The notes under the pieces: model-generated
Told to the model about the DNA's origin: nothing
Database searches by the model: none
What the model saw: the letters and a program-made list of their open reading frames with translations, nothing else
Program-made: the position numbers and the translations under genes
From: Candidatus Saccharimonadota bacterium
GTDB taxonomy: Bacteria; Patescibacteriota; Saccharimonadia; Saccharimonadales; Saccharimonadaceae
Reading direction: 5' to 3'
DNA: 32,000 bases
NCBI GenBank assembly: GCA_023898645.1
Contig: CP060232.1
Coordinates: 960,001 to 992,000 of the forward strand
Shown: piece by piece, positions 1 to 14,675 of the stretch
How the letters are laid out: every line of letters starts with the position of its first letter
How positions within the stretch are numbered: position 1 is the stretch's first letter

Positions 1-183
1 ATTCAAGATAATCTCGACACTTACCGACAATGGCTCCACGCTCGAAGTTCTTGTCCGAAATGTGAAGCAATCGGCGTCCAGACAAGAGACTCTTTATACA
101 GATGTGTTTCCTGCGGGCACGGATGGAGAGTCAATGAAGCCAGACTATGTGCACTTCGTCGGTACTCTTTGCAAACAAAATAG
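1..183 (+). CDS. 5'-truncated CDS; C-terminal C4 zinc-ribbon protein, function unknown
   Basis: Frame 1 is open from base 1 to TAG 181-183 (..SSCPKCEAIGVQTRDSLYRCVSCGHGWRVNEARL..), giving CPKC-N13-CVSC. The stop sits at the foot of the 177-212 hairpin. The track ORF 62..268 is another frame and runs through that hairpin. Confidence 0.4.
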   Translation: MQDNLDTYRQWLHARSSCPKCEAIGVQTRDSLYRCVSCGHGWRVNEARLCALRRYSLQTK

Positions 184-212
184 CCCTCCACAATACAGTA
201 GAGGGCTATTTT
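177..212. terminator. Bidirectional intrinsic terminator between convergent genes
   Basis: AAAATAGCCCTC-12 nt loop-GAGGGCTATTTT. The A-run and T-run flank the stem, so it reads as a terminator on both strands. Confidence 0.6.
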
Positions 213-227
213 ACTGCCTAAAGTCGC

Positions 228-437
228 TTAAGCGGCCTTCTCAGCAGTTTTCTTGCTGCGGCGGCTAATCAAGCCACCCTTGCGCCCAGCAATGCGAGCC
301 AGTTCAGGATTAGCGGCGAAGCCACCAGTGTGACCAGCTTTACCACCCTTGGCACCAATTTTAGCGTAAAAATTAGAACCGTGTTTTGCTTTGTTCGTTT
401 GTGCGGCCTTTACGCCGCCAGCTTTAGTTCCTGCCAT
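228..437 (-). CDS. KGG-repeat general stress protein (GsiB/YciG-like)
   Basis: 69 aa, Gly/Lys/Ala-rich with repeated KGG motifs (GAKGGKAGHTGGFAANPELARIAGRKGG). AAGGAG lies 8 nt upstream of the ATG. Confidence 0.8.
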   Translation of the reverse strand: MAGTKAGGVKAAQTNKAKHGSNFYAKIGAKGGKAGHTGGFAANPELARIAGRKGGLISRRSKKTAEKAA

Positions 438-522
438 TGCAAGTCTCCTTTACTATGAAAGACCCGCCTACAACTGTAGTCGAGCCCTCCGATTACCTCA
501 CATATGCTATGTGTATGAATTA

Positions 523-551
523 ATTTTAGCATAGCATAGCCTTTTTGTCAA
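523..551 (-). promoter_or_regulatory. Sigma70-type promoter for the KGG gene
   Basis: The minus strand reads TTGACA (551-546)-N17-TAAAAT (528-523). An 8-bp inverted repeat ATGCTATG/CATAGCAT (about 504-538) straddles the -10/+1 region. Confidence 0.5.
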
Positions 552-708
552 CGTTTACAACAAGCTTTTTCATGATTTTGCTAGTGTTGCATATATTCGC
601 ACGGTGCTATATCATAGGGTAAGTTCGTTGTCCAAGCGAATCCAGATCAACGATATGATCTGTAAGGCACCTGTTTGGGCTTATCAAAACACACATAAGT
701 CCACATAT

Positions 709-742
709 AAAAACAACCACTGCTGCGAGCGTGGTTGTTTTT
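709..742. terminator. Bidirectional-looking intrinsic terminator downstream of the 758-1252 gene
   Basis: AAAAACAACCAC-10 nt loop-GTGGTTGTTTTT. Confidence 0.6.
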
Positions 743-757
743 ATTGCTGGAACTTCA

Positions 758-1252
758 TCAATGGAGCAATATCATTACAAAAAGAAGTGCTACAAGAATA
801 ATACTAAGCAAAAGCACCATTCCAACACTACCTGATTTCAAAACATACTTCCTAATCTGGTCTCTGACATCTCCCGGCTTTTCACGACTTCGTAACCATA
901 CATTCATCGCCCATGCCATTAATATAACGATGGTTATAAGCAATATAGTCGCGATAAGGCCAACCTTAATTACGAGGAGCACAATAATTGCCGCCATAGC
1001 AACAACCGATATGCCGCCCTTGGCAATCGTAACTGCAACACTAGTAATGTCAAAAGTGTGCATTGAATTCTCTACCCGTGATGTCATCGTACGATGTATA
1101 TCTACATCAATAATGGATTTTTGGGTGTGGTGCCTTCCGAGCTGCTGCAGCATATCCAACAAGAGTCGTAAAATAATTAAGTAGAGAGAGATAATCAGCC
1201 CGTACAATACTAATACCGTAAGACTTATTGGACTACCGTCAGACATCTGCAT
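758..1252 (-). CDS. Integral membrane protein, about 4 TM segments, unknown function
   Basis: Strongly hydrophobic segments (LTVLVLYGLIISLYLIILRLLL; VVAMAAIIVLLVIKVGLIATILLITIVILMAWAM; MVLLLSIILVALLFVMILL). The first ATG is at 1252 and the track start at 1270 is a TTG. TATAAT (1267-1262) lies 9 nt upstream of ATG 1252. A terminator follows at 709-742. Confidence 0.55.
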   Translation of the reverse strand: MQMSDGSPISLTVLVLYGLIISLYLIILRLLLDMLQQLGRHHTQKSIIDVDIHRTMTSRVENSMHTFDITSVAVTIAKGGISVVAMAAIIVLLVIKVGLIATILLITIVILMAWAMNVWLRSREKPGDVRDQIRKYVLKSGSVGMVLLLSIILVALLFVMILLH

Positions 1253-1280
1253 AATCGTTTCATTATACAAGAATTTTCGC

Positions 1281-1312
1281 CAAAAAAAGAAGAGCTTCCT
1301 ATTCGGAAGCTC
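1281..1312 (-). terminator. Intrinsic terminator after 5S rRNA
   Basis: The minus strand reads GAGCTTCC-GAATA-GGAAGCTC followed by TTCTTTTTTTGG. Confidence 0.65.
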
Positions 1313-1323
1313 CCCTTATAATT

Positions 1324-1428
<105 letters not shown>

Positions 1429-1654
1429 AAGCCGGGCTTCCAGACTCTCGACCCGATTATTCATTCAATCGGCGGTCCGAAGCCTCGCTTCGATGTCCAT
1501 TTTGGGGCATCTGTTTTACAAATGACTCAAAAAGAACACACGGATACATTATCAAAGATTGACGATGGTGACAAGCACCAATTACTAGTTAAGTCTACCT
1601 CATCACCCCTGTTAACATTATAAAATAATGTTAACGTCGGTGACAAGGACATAA

Positions 1655-4855
<3,201 letters not shown>

Positions 4856-5211
4856 GCATTGACTTAACTAGTAATTGGTAATTACCAACTACTTTGCCGT
4901 CAATCTTTAAAAAATTTTCTTACATCATTGAATTGTTAACGTCCTGCGTTCTCCACGTTTGAGAGCACACTTGAAACTATCGCCTCGATAATTTCTATCT
5001 GTTCTCAAAACAGCTTTATCATCCTAACACTCGTCAAATAGACTGTAAAGGATAATTTTGTTGTGTTTATTGCATCAAAAAGACATCTCGTAATCTGATC
5101 TTTTTGTCCCTATCGCCAGAGGTTCTCCACGAACGTACGCCTTATCACATGTTATTGTATCGCAATTAGTCGCATTTTGCAAGTAAAATACGATACAAAA
5201 TACCCCTTAAA

Positions 5212-5288
5212 TGGTGGGCGATGAGGGACTCGAACCTCCGACCTCGTCATTATCAGTGACGCGCTCTAACCAGCTGAGCTAATCGCCC
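5212..5288 (-). tRNA. tRNA-Ile (GAU), CCA encoded
   Basis: The reverse complement reads GGGCGATTAGCTCAGCTGGTTAGAGCGCGTCACTGATAATGACGAGGTCGGAGGTTCGAGTCCCTCATCGCCCACCA. The anticodon loop is CTGATAA. Confidence 0.9.
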
Positions 5289-5316
5289 CCAATTTAAGGG
5301 GTATTTTATAAATTCA

Positions 5317-5393
5317 TGGTGGGCGCTGAGGGGCTCGAACCCCCGACCCTCTCGGTGTAAACGAGATGCTCTAGCCAACTGAGCTAAGCGCCC
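5317..5393 (-). tRNA. tRNA-Val (UAC), CCA encoded
   Basis: The reverse complement reads GGGCGCTTAGCTCAGTTGGCTAGAGCATCTCGTTTACACCGAGAGGGTCGGGGGTTCGAGCCCCTCAGCGCCCACCA. The anticodon loop is TTTACAC. Confidence 0.85.
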
Positions 5394-5407
5394 GAACTAT
5401 TTTAACT

Positions 5408-5444
5408 TGGTGGAGTAGAAACGGACTTTCACCCGATCTACCCC
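5408..5444 (-). ncRNA. tRNA-Ala-like acceptor/T-arm minihelix with encoded ACCA tail (candidate; may be a decayed tRNA remnant)
   Basis: The reverse complement reads GGGGTAGA-T-CGGGT-GAAA-GTCCG-TT-TCTACTCC-ACCA. The 8-bp stem includes G1-C, G2-C, G3.U and G4-C. The inner 5-bp stem is capped by a GNRA loop. It lies 3 nt downstream of the tRNA-Ala CCA end. Confidence 0.4.
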
Positions 5445-5447
5445 ATA

Positions 5448-5524
5448 TGGTGGAGACACAGGGACTCGAACCCTGGACCCCCTGCTTGCAAAGCAGGTGC
5501 TCTAGCCAACTGAGCTATGTCCCC
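5448..5524 (-). tRNA. tRNA-Ala (UGC), CCA encoded
   Basis: The reverse complement reads GGGGACATAGCTCAGTTGGCTAGAGCACCTGCTTTGCAAGCAGGGGGTCCAGGGTTCGAGTCCCTGTGTCTCCACCA. G3.U70 is present and the anticodon loop is TTTGCAA. Confidence 0.9.
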
Positions 5525-5559
5525 ATAATGTATCAGCCAACTGGCCAATAAACTAACTT

Positions 5560-5588
5560 ATTTTACCTTATATCCTTGAGGTTTTCAA
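5560..5588 (-). promoter_or_regulatory. Predicted promoter facing tRNA-Ala/Val/Ile-23S-5S
   Basis: The minus strand reads TTGAAA (5588-5583)-N17-TAAAAT (5565-5560), about 35 nt upstream of tRNA-Ala. Confidence 0.55.
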
Positions 5589-5604
5589 GAGTATAGGTTA
5601 TAAT
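5576..5604 (+). promoter_or_regulatory. Predicted promoter for the 5611 ORF (leaderless geometry)
   Basis: TTGAGG (5576-5581)-N17-TATAAT (5599-5604)-N6-ATG (5611). It lies back-to-back with the minus-strand promoter. Confidence 0.55.
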
Positions 5605-5610
5605 CCGCTT

Positions 5611-5856
5611 ATGAATTATAAATTTAGTATCGCATGGTTTGTCGTTGGCTTTCTCATAACAGTCATCGGTGGATTGTTTATGAAGTACCATCAGTTCGTT
5701 GCTGATAACTTTGGCGGCGGTATCGGCAGCTATGATCGCTACAAGCTAGCGGCATTAATTACTATTGCCGCCGGGCTAATCGCAATGGTAAATTTACACA
5801 CCGTCATATTAGGCTGGATTTTTAACGGCCTCTTCAGCGGTATCGCCAACGGTTAA
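5611..5856 (+). CDS. Small two-TM membrane protein, unknown function, antisense within the 16S-23S spacer
   Basis: 81 aa with two hydrophobic helices (IAWFVVGFLITVIGGLFM; LAALITIAAGLIAMVNLHTVILGWIF) and a Gly-rich loop. It has its own promoter and the terminator hairpin 5873-5902, 16 nt after the stop. Confidence 0.55.
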   Translation: MNYKFSIAWFVVGFLITVIGGLFMKYHQFVADNFGGGIGSYDRYKLAALITIAAGLIAMVNLHTVILGWIFNGLFSGIANG

Positions 5857-5872
5857 ATAGTAACGTCCACGA

Positions 5873-5902
5873 AAAATACCTCCCATATGGGAGGTATTTT
5901 TC
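5873..5902. terminator. Symmetric bidirectional intrinsic terminator (16S transcript on the minus strand, small ORF on the plus strand)
   Basis: AAAAATACCTCCC-ATAT-GGGAGGTATTTTT. It sits just outside the 16S processing stem. Confidence 0.6.
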
Positions 5903-6060
5903 TATTAACAATTTAGTTGTGCATATCATCGTACAGATTACCTAATTTTGAACCTAGTCTTGTCCCGAAGGACTAATGTTAGTAAGTAAGTTCAATTTAC
6001 TAACAAGACCGACCTAGCTTCAGTAAATGATTTCTCGATTTACTGGCATAACTCTCCCTA

Positions 6061-7626
<1,566 letters not shown>

Positions 7627-7777
7627 ATGATACGTTTAGCACGTATCAAGCTCAAATAAACTGACGATGATATTGCACAACTAAATTGTCAATGTACATA
7701 AACCATCTGTTCAACTCGCATTCGTTGGATATTGCCTTTGTGTCTCTCAAATCAGACTGGCAATCAGACTGTTAACC

Positions 7778-7806
7778 ATCATACCTCTAAAGAGTGGGTA
7801 CGTCAA
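7778..7806 (-). promoter_or_regulatory. Predicted 16S promoter
   Basis: The minus strand reads TTGACG (7806-7801)-N17-TATGAT (7783-7778), about 145 nt upstream of the mature 16S 5' end. Confidence 0.55.
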
Positions 7807-7819
7807 GGGATTTCTTTAC

Positions 7820-8251
7820 TTATTGTGTCAAAAAGAAAACAAAAAGGCCCACAGCAAGGCCAATAAGTGCACCAACCGCTACTTCAAGTGGCTCGTGACC
7901 CTTTGCAGTACGGGGTATTCGAATGTTGCTTTTCTGCTCTTTTATAAGGGATCCTATTGCAATGCCCTGTTCCCCTGACGATCGACGAACCATTACAGAA
8001 TCATACATAACAATAGCCGCGAATAGCGTAGCAATCGCAAACGACTCCGTATTCGATCCTCCCGTAAGGCCTATTATCGTTACAAGTGCAACAGCTGCAG
8101 CGCTGTGACTACTTGGCATGCTGCCAGATTTGTAAAGCTGGCGAACGTCTATCGCCCCTTGTTTTTTTACACTATCTATTAGCAATTTGGCACTCTGGGC
8201 AACGAGCCAAGCAATAACAATTGATAAAATGTACGGTGACAACGGGGTCAC
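7820..8251 (-). CDS. Divergent PAP2 / DUF212 (YuiD-like) membrane protein
   Basis: 143 aa. It has the GSMPSSHSAAAVAL motif and a hydrophobic profile typical of the acid phosphatase/vanadium-haloperoxidase-related family. Its GTG start overlaps the gyrA TAG (TAGTG). Confidence 0.7.
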   Translation of the reverse strand: MTPLSPYILSIVIAWLVAQSAKLLIDSVKKQGAIDVRQLYKSGSMPSSHSAAAVALVTIIGLTGGSNTESFAIATLFAAIVMYDSVMVRRSSGEQGIAIGSLIKEQKSNIRIPRTAKGHEPLEVAVGALIGLAVGLFVFFLTQ

Positions 8252-10779
8252 TATTCCGCTCCCTCACCCTCTAACACTTCTTCTTCATCACTTTTCTCTG
8301 GCATAAGCCCCAGCGAAGAGACAGCATCACCGTCACGGAGTTTCATTATACGAACTCCCTGCGTAGTACGTCCGAGTGTAGGAATATCTTTGAGACCAAC
8401 ACGTATCGCCTGGCCCTTATTAGAAATCATTAACACTTCACTCGCAGTTTCTTCAAGTGTGCGTACAGCGACTATCGGACCTGTCTTTGCAGTCACTACT
8501 GCCGCCTTGATACCGATTCCACCACGCTTATGCGCTGGGAAATTCGCAACTTTAGTCGCCTTACCATATCCATTCTGACTTACGACCAGCAGAGTTCTCT
8601 CGTCATTCGATACAATGTCCATACCTACTACGCTGTCATTCGGGCGTAACCGTACACCTCTAACTCCTCGTGCGGCACGACCCACAGGGCGCGCGTCCTT
8701 CTCATTAAAGCGTATAGCTTGACCAGCAGATGTAGATATTATCACATCGTTTTCACCAGTTGTCTTTTGGATCCACTTCAGCTCATCACCTTCATCAAGC
8801 TTAATTGCAATCAATCCGTTGGTACGAATGTTGGCGTAATCCTTAAGTGGTGTTTTCTTAACTGTACCTTTACTAGTAGCCATGAAGAGGTAGCCGTCAT
8901 CTTTGGCATCCTTTTCATGTCGAATAATCGAAGTAATCTTCTCTTCTGGCTGTAGCTGCAAGAGGTTAACCGCAGCGACGCCTTTGGCTGATAGACTAGC
9001 GGCAGGTACTTCATAGGCCTTGAGGCGGAATATACGACCCTTATTCGTAAAGAATAGTAAATAATCATGCGTACTCGCCGGAATAAGATGATCAATGATA
9101 TCTTCTTCCTTTGTAGTCATGCCCCTCTTACCCTTGCCACCACGATGCTGACGACGATACTCACTTACTAATGTACGTTTGATGTAGTTTTCCGTTGTAA
9201 GAAGTATAACGCTGTCTTCCTCTGGTATGAGCTCTTCGTCACTAAACTTACCAAGCTCATGATTAATCATCTGACTACGGCGCTCATCTCCGTACTTTTC
9301 TTTCATTTCCAAAAGTTCAGTCTTGATAATTTTTAGAATCTCTTCTTCATCAGCAAGTATTGCTTCTAGCTTCGCTATCAATTCATGAAGTTCCTTGAGT
9401 TCATTCTCTATCGCCTCACGCTCAAGTCCAGTTAGACGGCGTAGCTGCATCGCAAGAATTGATTTCGCCTGAATTTCACTGAGTTTAAACGCCTTAATGA
9501 GCTCAGCCTCTGCGATATCCGTCGTTTTACTTGCGCGAATTATCTTGATAACTTCATCGATATTATCAAGCGCAATCTTATAACCTTCGAGAATGTGAGC
9601 ACGCTCTTTGGCTTTACGAAGTTCAAATTCAGTTCGACGACGAACAACTTGCTGTCGATGCTTCACAAACTCACTCAAAATTTCTTGCAGCCCTAGAATT
9701 CGTGGTTGAATACCATCAATCAAAGCTAGCATATTAAAATGAAAGCTTGTTTGGAGCGATGTCATCTTAAAGAGTTGATTTAGTACTTTCTTTGGATATG
9801 CATCTTTTTTAAGTTCAACAACTACGCGAACCTTACCGCGAGCTGATTCGTCACGTAAATCACTAATTGTCGTCAACTTCTTATCTTTAACAAGCTCAGC
9901 AATTTTTTCAATAAGCGTTGCTTTATTTACAGCGTAAGGCATTTCAGTTACTACAATACTGTGACGCCCCTTCTTGCTCTCCTCAATATTTGCTACAGCC
10001 CTAATCGTAACGCTACCGCGACCCGTCTGATACGCCTGTTTCATTGGAGCGCCACCGTATACAATTGCTCCTGTTGGAAAATCTGGGCCTTTGACATGTT
10101 TCAAAAGGTCATCAACAGTCGCCTCTTTATTGTCGATTAATTCAATCGTTGCATCTACCAGCTCACCTAAATTGTGCGGCGGAATGTTGGTGGCCATACC
10201 GACAGCAATACCTATCTGACCGTTCAATAGCAAGTTTGGCAATCTTGCCGGTAGAACAACCGGCTCTTGTTCGGATCCATCATAGTTATCACGAAAATCG
10301 ACTGTCTCTTTTTCGAGATCCATAAGCAACTCGTTACCAGCACGCCCAAGCCGAGCTTCAGTATAACGACTTGCCGCTGCCGGGTCGCCGTCCATGGAGC
10401 CAAAATTTCCCTGGCCGTTGACTAGAGGGTAGCGCATCACCCAATCTTGAGCTAGACGAACCATTGAGTCGTAAATTGAGCTATCACCGTGAGGATGATA
10501 CTTACCCATCACCTCGCCCGCAATACGAGCCGATTTAGCAAATTTACCACCAGGCCTGAGGCCCTGTTCACCCATTGTGTAAAGAATGCGACGATGAACT
10601 GGCTTCATGCCATCGCGCACGTCAGGAAGTGCACGATCAATAATGACACTCATTGAGTACTTAAGGAAGCTATCTTCCATTACATCTTCAACGGTTCGAT
10701 TCTCAAGTGTTTTTGAGTGTGTCTGCACCGGTGCTATTATTTCACCTTCAATTGGTATGTTCCTGTCGTCAGTATCCAT
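8251..10779 (-). CDS. gyrA: DNA gyrase subunit A
   Basis: 842 aa. Motifs include [12 protein letters not shown], the [11 protein letters not shown] active-site Tyr region and C-terminal beta-pinwheel repeats. The ATG lies 2 nt after the gyrB stop. Confidence 0.97.
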   Translation of the reverse strand: MDTDDRNIPIEGEIIAPVQTHSKTLENRTVEDVMEDSFLKYSMSVIIDRALPDVRDGMKPVHRRILYTMGEQGLRPGGKFAKSARIAGEVMGKYHPHGDSSIYDSMVRLAQDWVMRYPLVNGQGNFGSMDGDPAAASRYTEARLGRAGNELLMDLEKETVDFRDNYDGSEQEPVVLPARLPNLLLNGQIGIAVGMATNIPPHNLGELVDATIELIDNKEATVDDLLKHVKGPDFPTGAIVYGGAPMKQAYQTGRGSVTIRAVANIEESKKGRHSIVVTEMPYAVNKATLIEKIAELVKDKKLTTISDLRDESARGKVRVVVELKKDAYPKKVLNQLFKMTSLQTSFHFNMLALIDGIQPRILGLQEILSEFVKHRQQVVRRRTEFELRKAKERAHILEGYKIALDNIDEVIKIIRASKTTDIAEAELIKAFKLSEIQAKSILAMQLRRLTGLEREAIENELKELHELIAKLEAILADEEEILKIIKTELLEMKEKYGDERRSQMINHELGKFSDEELIPEEDSVILLTTENYIKRTLVSEYRRQHRGGKGKRGMTTKEEDIIDHLIPASTHDYLLFFTNKGRIFRLKAYEVPAASLSAKGVAAVNLLQLQPEEKITSIIRHEKDAKDDGYLFMATSKGTVKKTPLKDYANIRTNGLIAIKLDEGDELKWIQKTTGENDVIISTSAGQAIRFNEKDARPVGRAARGVRGVRLRPNDSVVGMDIVSNDERTLLVVSQNGYGKATKVANFPAHKRGGIGIKAAVVTAKTGPIVAVRTLEETASEVLMISNKGQAIRVGLKDIPTLGRTTQGVRIMKLRDGDAVSSLGLMPEKSDEEEVLEGEGAE

Positions 10780-10781
10780 AA

Positions 10782-12770
<1,989 letters not shown>

Positions 12771-12807
12771 TCACTGCTGTGGCTTTTCGGCCATTTACAT
12801 TTTCCCC

Positions 12808-12836
12808 ATTATACCGCAAAACTATTACTCACTCAA
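12808..12836 (-). promoter_or_regulatory. Predicted gyrBA promoter
   Basis: The minus strand reads TTGAGT (12836-12831)-N17-TATAAT (12813-12808). The roughly 40-nt leader ends in GAGGGAAG-ATG. Confidence 0.5.
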
Positions 12837-12860
12837 GCACTTGTATTGAACACAATTCTT

Positions 12861-14075
12861 ATGCTAATCTATTTAGCAAGAGGTCAAAGACACAAACAAA
12901 AAAATATCGTGTTTAGGAAGTTAGTATCGAATTTACCCTACAGCCCTGCTCTCATTACTGAGATTGGGTTCTACGCGGGACGACTTCGTGATGAAGACAT
13001 AACTCGTCGAGTCACGGTTCTATTCGTAGTGCTGGCACTCATTATGCAGTCACTCGCCATATTCTCTCCCCCAGAATCGGCAAACGCATCAAGTGAACAA
13101 GATATTATTCGTGGCGGTGTTAGCGATTTGAACGATTTCCTTACACGCTACGATCATAATGAAAATGACGTGAAAGACATATACAGCGCTGTCGGCATTA
13201 GCCGTGCCGAAATAGCCGCTGCACGACCTGAAACAATCACTTCGATTAACAATACTTATATAATGAGTCGCTACGGTCAGCTCAGCTCAGCTAACAAGGA
13301 AATTAGTCTATCCTACCAGCGTAGCGTCGGCGGTATCGATATACGCTACTTTAGTCCGCTTTCCGCGATATCTGGTCAAAACCAATCCTTCAAGGGATGG
13401 GCCGGACATTCCGCCATTTTAGGTTGGTTCGGCATAGTACAGGCGAGCGGTAGCTTAGCTACACACGGTATCCCAACTACGTTTGCACCATACGGCGCAA
13501 ACACTATGCAGGCAATTAAAACTATATCGGCGCAAAATCTAACAGAGGGAAAAACTTCTGAAAGCGTGACAGCAAAACCCATGGATAAAATAAGCTATAC
13601 ACTTCAGTTATCAAATCCTCGATCGATAACAGTAAATGATAGTTTTAGTGTACACATAACGGATATATTGGAATACGCAACGCTTATTGATACAGGCGGA
13701 GGCAGCTTTAACCAAGAAAGCGGAACTTTAAGTTGGCCAAGCGCTGAACTGGCGCCTGGAGGCGTGCAAAAACGAACATTTGTAATTCAAATGCTTTCCG
13801 ATCTGCCGTCAACCGGAAGGGGTATCAGCAACCCCGAATCTTATGATTGCAAAATCACAGTAGCCTTTGGAAATGCTTACGTGACTCAAGTTAGCTGCCC
13901 AGTATCAAAAGATTTCGAAGCCGCACTAAGCCAACTACCTGGAGTCGGCATAGGAGGAAACCTCATCTTTATGACTGTTATTCTATTCTTAGCTCTGTTC
14001 TTCTCTATAAGGACAAGACAGTTAAAAAGAGAGTTGCAAATTATCCGCCACAATTTCAATACAGGTTTAATTTAG
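12861..14075 (+). CDS. Predicted surface/secreted protein with a DUF11-like repeat domain, an N-terminal signal-anchor and a C-terminal TM anchor
   Basis: The track ORF (12717) overlaps the gyrB 5' end, so I use the first ATG outside it; GTG 12910 is also possible. The hydrophobic h-region VTVLFVVLALIMQSLAIF is followed by ESANA. A beta-rich segment (KISYTLQLSNP..VHITDILEYATLID..GTLSWPSAELAPGGVQKRTFVIQM) resembles the conserved-repeat (DUF11) fold. The C-terminus reads LPGVG-hydrophobic-RTRQLKRE. Confidence 0.6.
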   Translation: MLIYLARGQRHKQKNIVFRKLVSNLPYSPALITEIGFYAGRLRDEDITRRVTVLFVVLALIMQSLAIFSPPESANASSEQDIIRGGVSDLNDFLTRYDHNENDVKDIYSAVGISRAEIAAARPETITSINNTYIMSRYGQLSSANKEISLSYQRSVGGIDIRYFSPLSAISGQNQSFKGWAGHSAILGWFGIVQASGSLATHGIPTTFAPYGANTMQAIKTISAQNLTEGKTSESVTAKPMDKISYTLQLSNPRSITVNDSFSVHITDILEYATLIDTGGGSFNQESGTLSWPSAELAPGGVQKRTFVIQMLSDLPSTGRGISNPESYDCKITVAFGNAYVTQVSCPVSKDFEAALSQLPGVGIGGNLIFMTVILFLALFFSIRTRQLKRELQIIRHNFNTGLI

Positions 14076-14084
14076 AAAAGTAAG

Positions 14085-14669
14085 GTGGCGAAAGTGACAG
14101 AAAAGAGACGAGAAACAATCAATCTACGAGAACAATCCGTAGATGTAGAGCAATTTGGCGAAATCGCTCATGAGCGTCATGAAGCAATGAAGAATGCCGT
14201 AGAGCGCGCTGAACGCAAGCAGAAGTCACATCAATCGGAAAGGGAAATGCTTGTTGAAGCCCGAAAACTCGCGGCGGAAGTTGAAATGTCTAGCACGGAC
14301 AGCTCAACTTCTAATCGAACTGAAAAACGTCGAGGTCCGATCACAAAAAAACAGCTCAATTCAAGTTTCAAGTCCCAAATGAGATCAGCAGAGGAAGATA
14401 TGACTGCGACTGAGCGCTTTACTAGTAGACTCATTCACGCTAAACCTATCGAAAGAACGACAAACATCGCTGCCTCAACGATTGCCCGACCAAACGCGAT
14501 GCTTAGTGGTAGTATTGCGGCATTCATCGGCATAACTATTGTTTATTTCATATCAAAATACTATGGTTTCCAGCTTTCGGGTTTTGAAACAATTTGTGCA
14601 TTTATTGTCGGATGGATTTTGGGTTTGTTATACGACTACTTCTCTGTGATGTTTCACGGACGCAAATAA
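14085..14669 (+). CDS. Membrane protein with a charged N-terminal region and two C-terminal TM helices, unknown function
   Basis: 194 aa. It has a GTG start (14085, or GTG 14094) after AAGGTGG, 9 nt after the upstream stop. The C-terminal helices are SIAAFIGITIVYFISKYY and ICAFIVGWILGLLYDYF. Confidence 0.55.
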   Translation: MAKVTEKRRETINLREQSVDVEQFGEIAHERHEAMKNAVERAERKQKSHQSEREMLVEARKLAAEVEMSSTDSSTSNRTEKRRGPITKKQLNSSFKSQMRSAEEDMTATERFTSRLIHAKPIERTTNIAASTIARPNAMLSGSIAAFIGITIVYFISKYYGFQLSGFETICAFIVGWILGLLYDYFSVMFHGRK

Positions 14670-14675
14670 TATAAT

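Noticed and set aside
62-268. The 68-aa plus-strand ORF at the window start.
   Set aside because: It is in a different frame from the zinc-ribbon reading frame. It also runs through the 177-212 terminator and into the convergent KGG gene.
604-1184. Plus-strand ORFs 604..801 and 735..1184.
   Set aside because: They are antisense to the hydrophobic minus-strand gene, which has a promoter-like element and a downstream terminator. The plus ORFs have neither.
4949-5129. The 10-nt direct repeat GTTCTCCACG (about 4949 and about 5120) in the tRNA-Ile/23S spacer as a boxA-type element.
   Set aside because: It is a short match that could be chance in 32 kb. It shows no similarity to known boxA and has no supporting structure.
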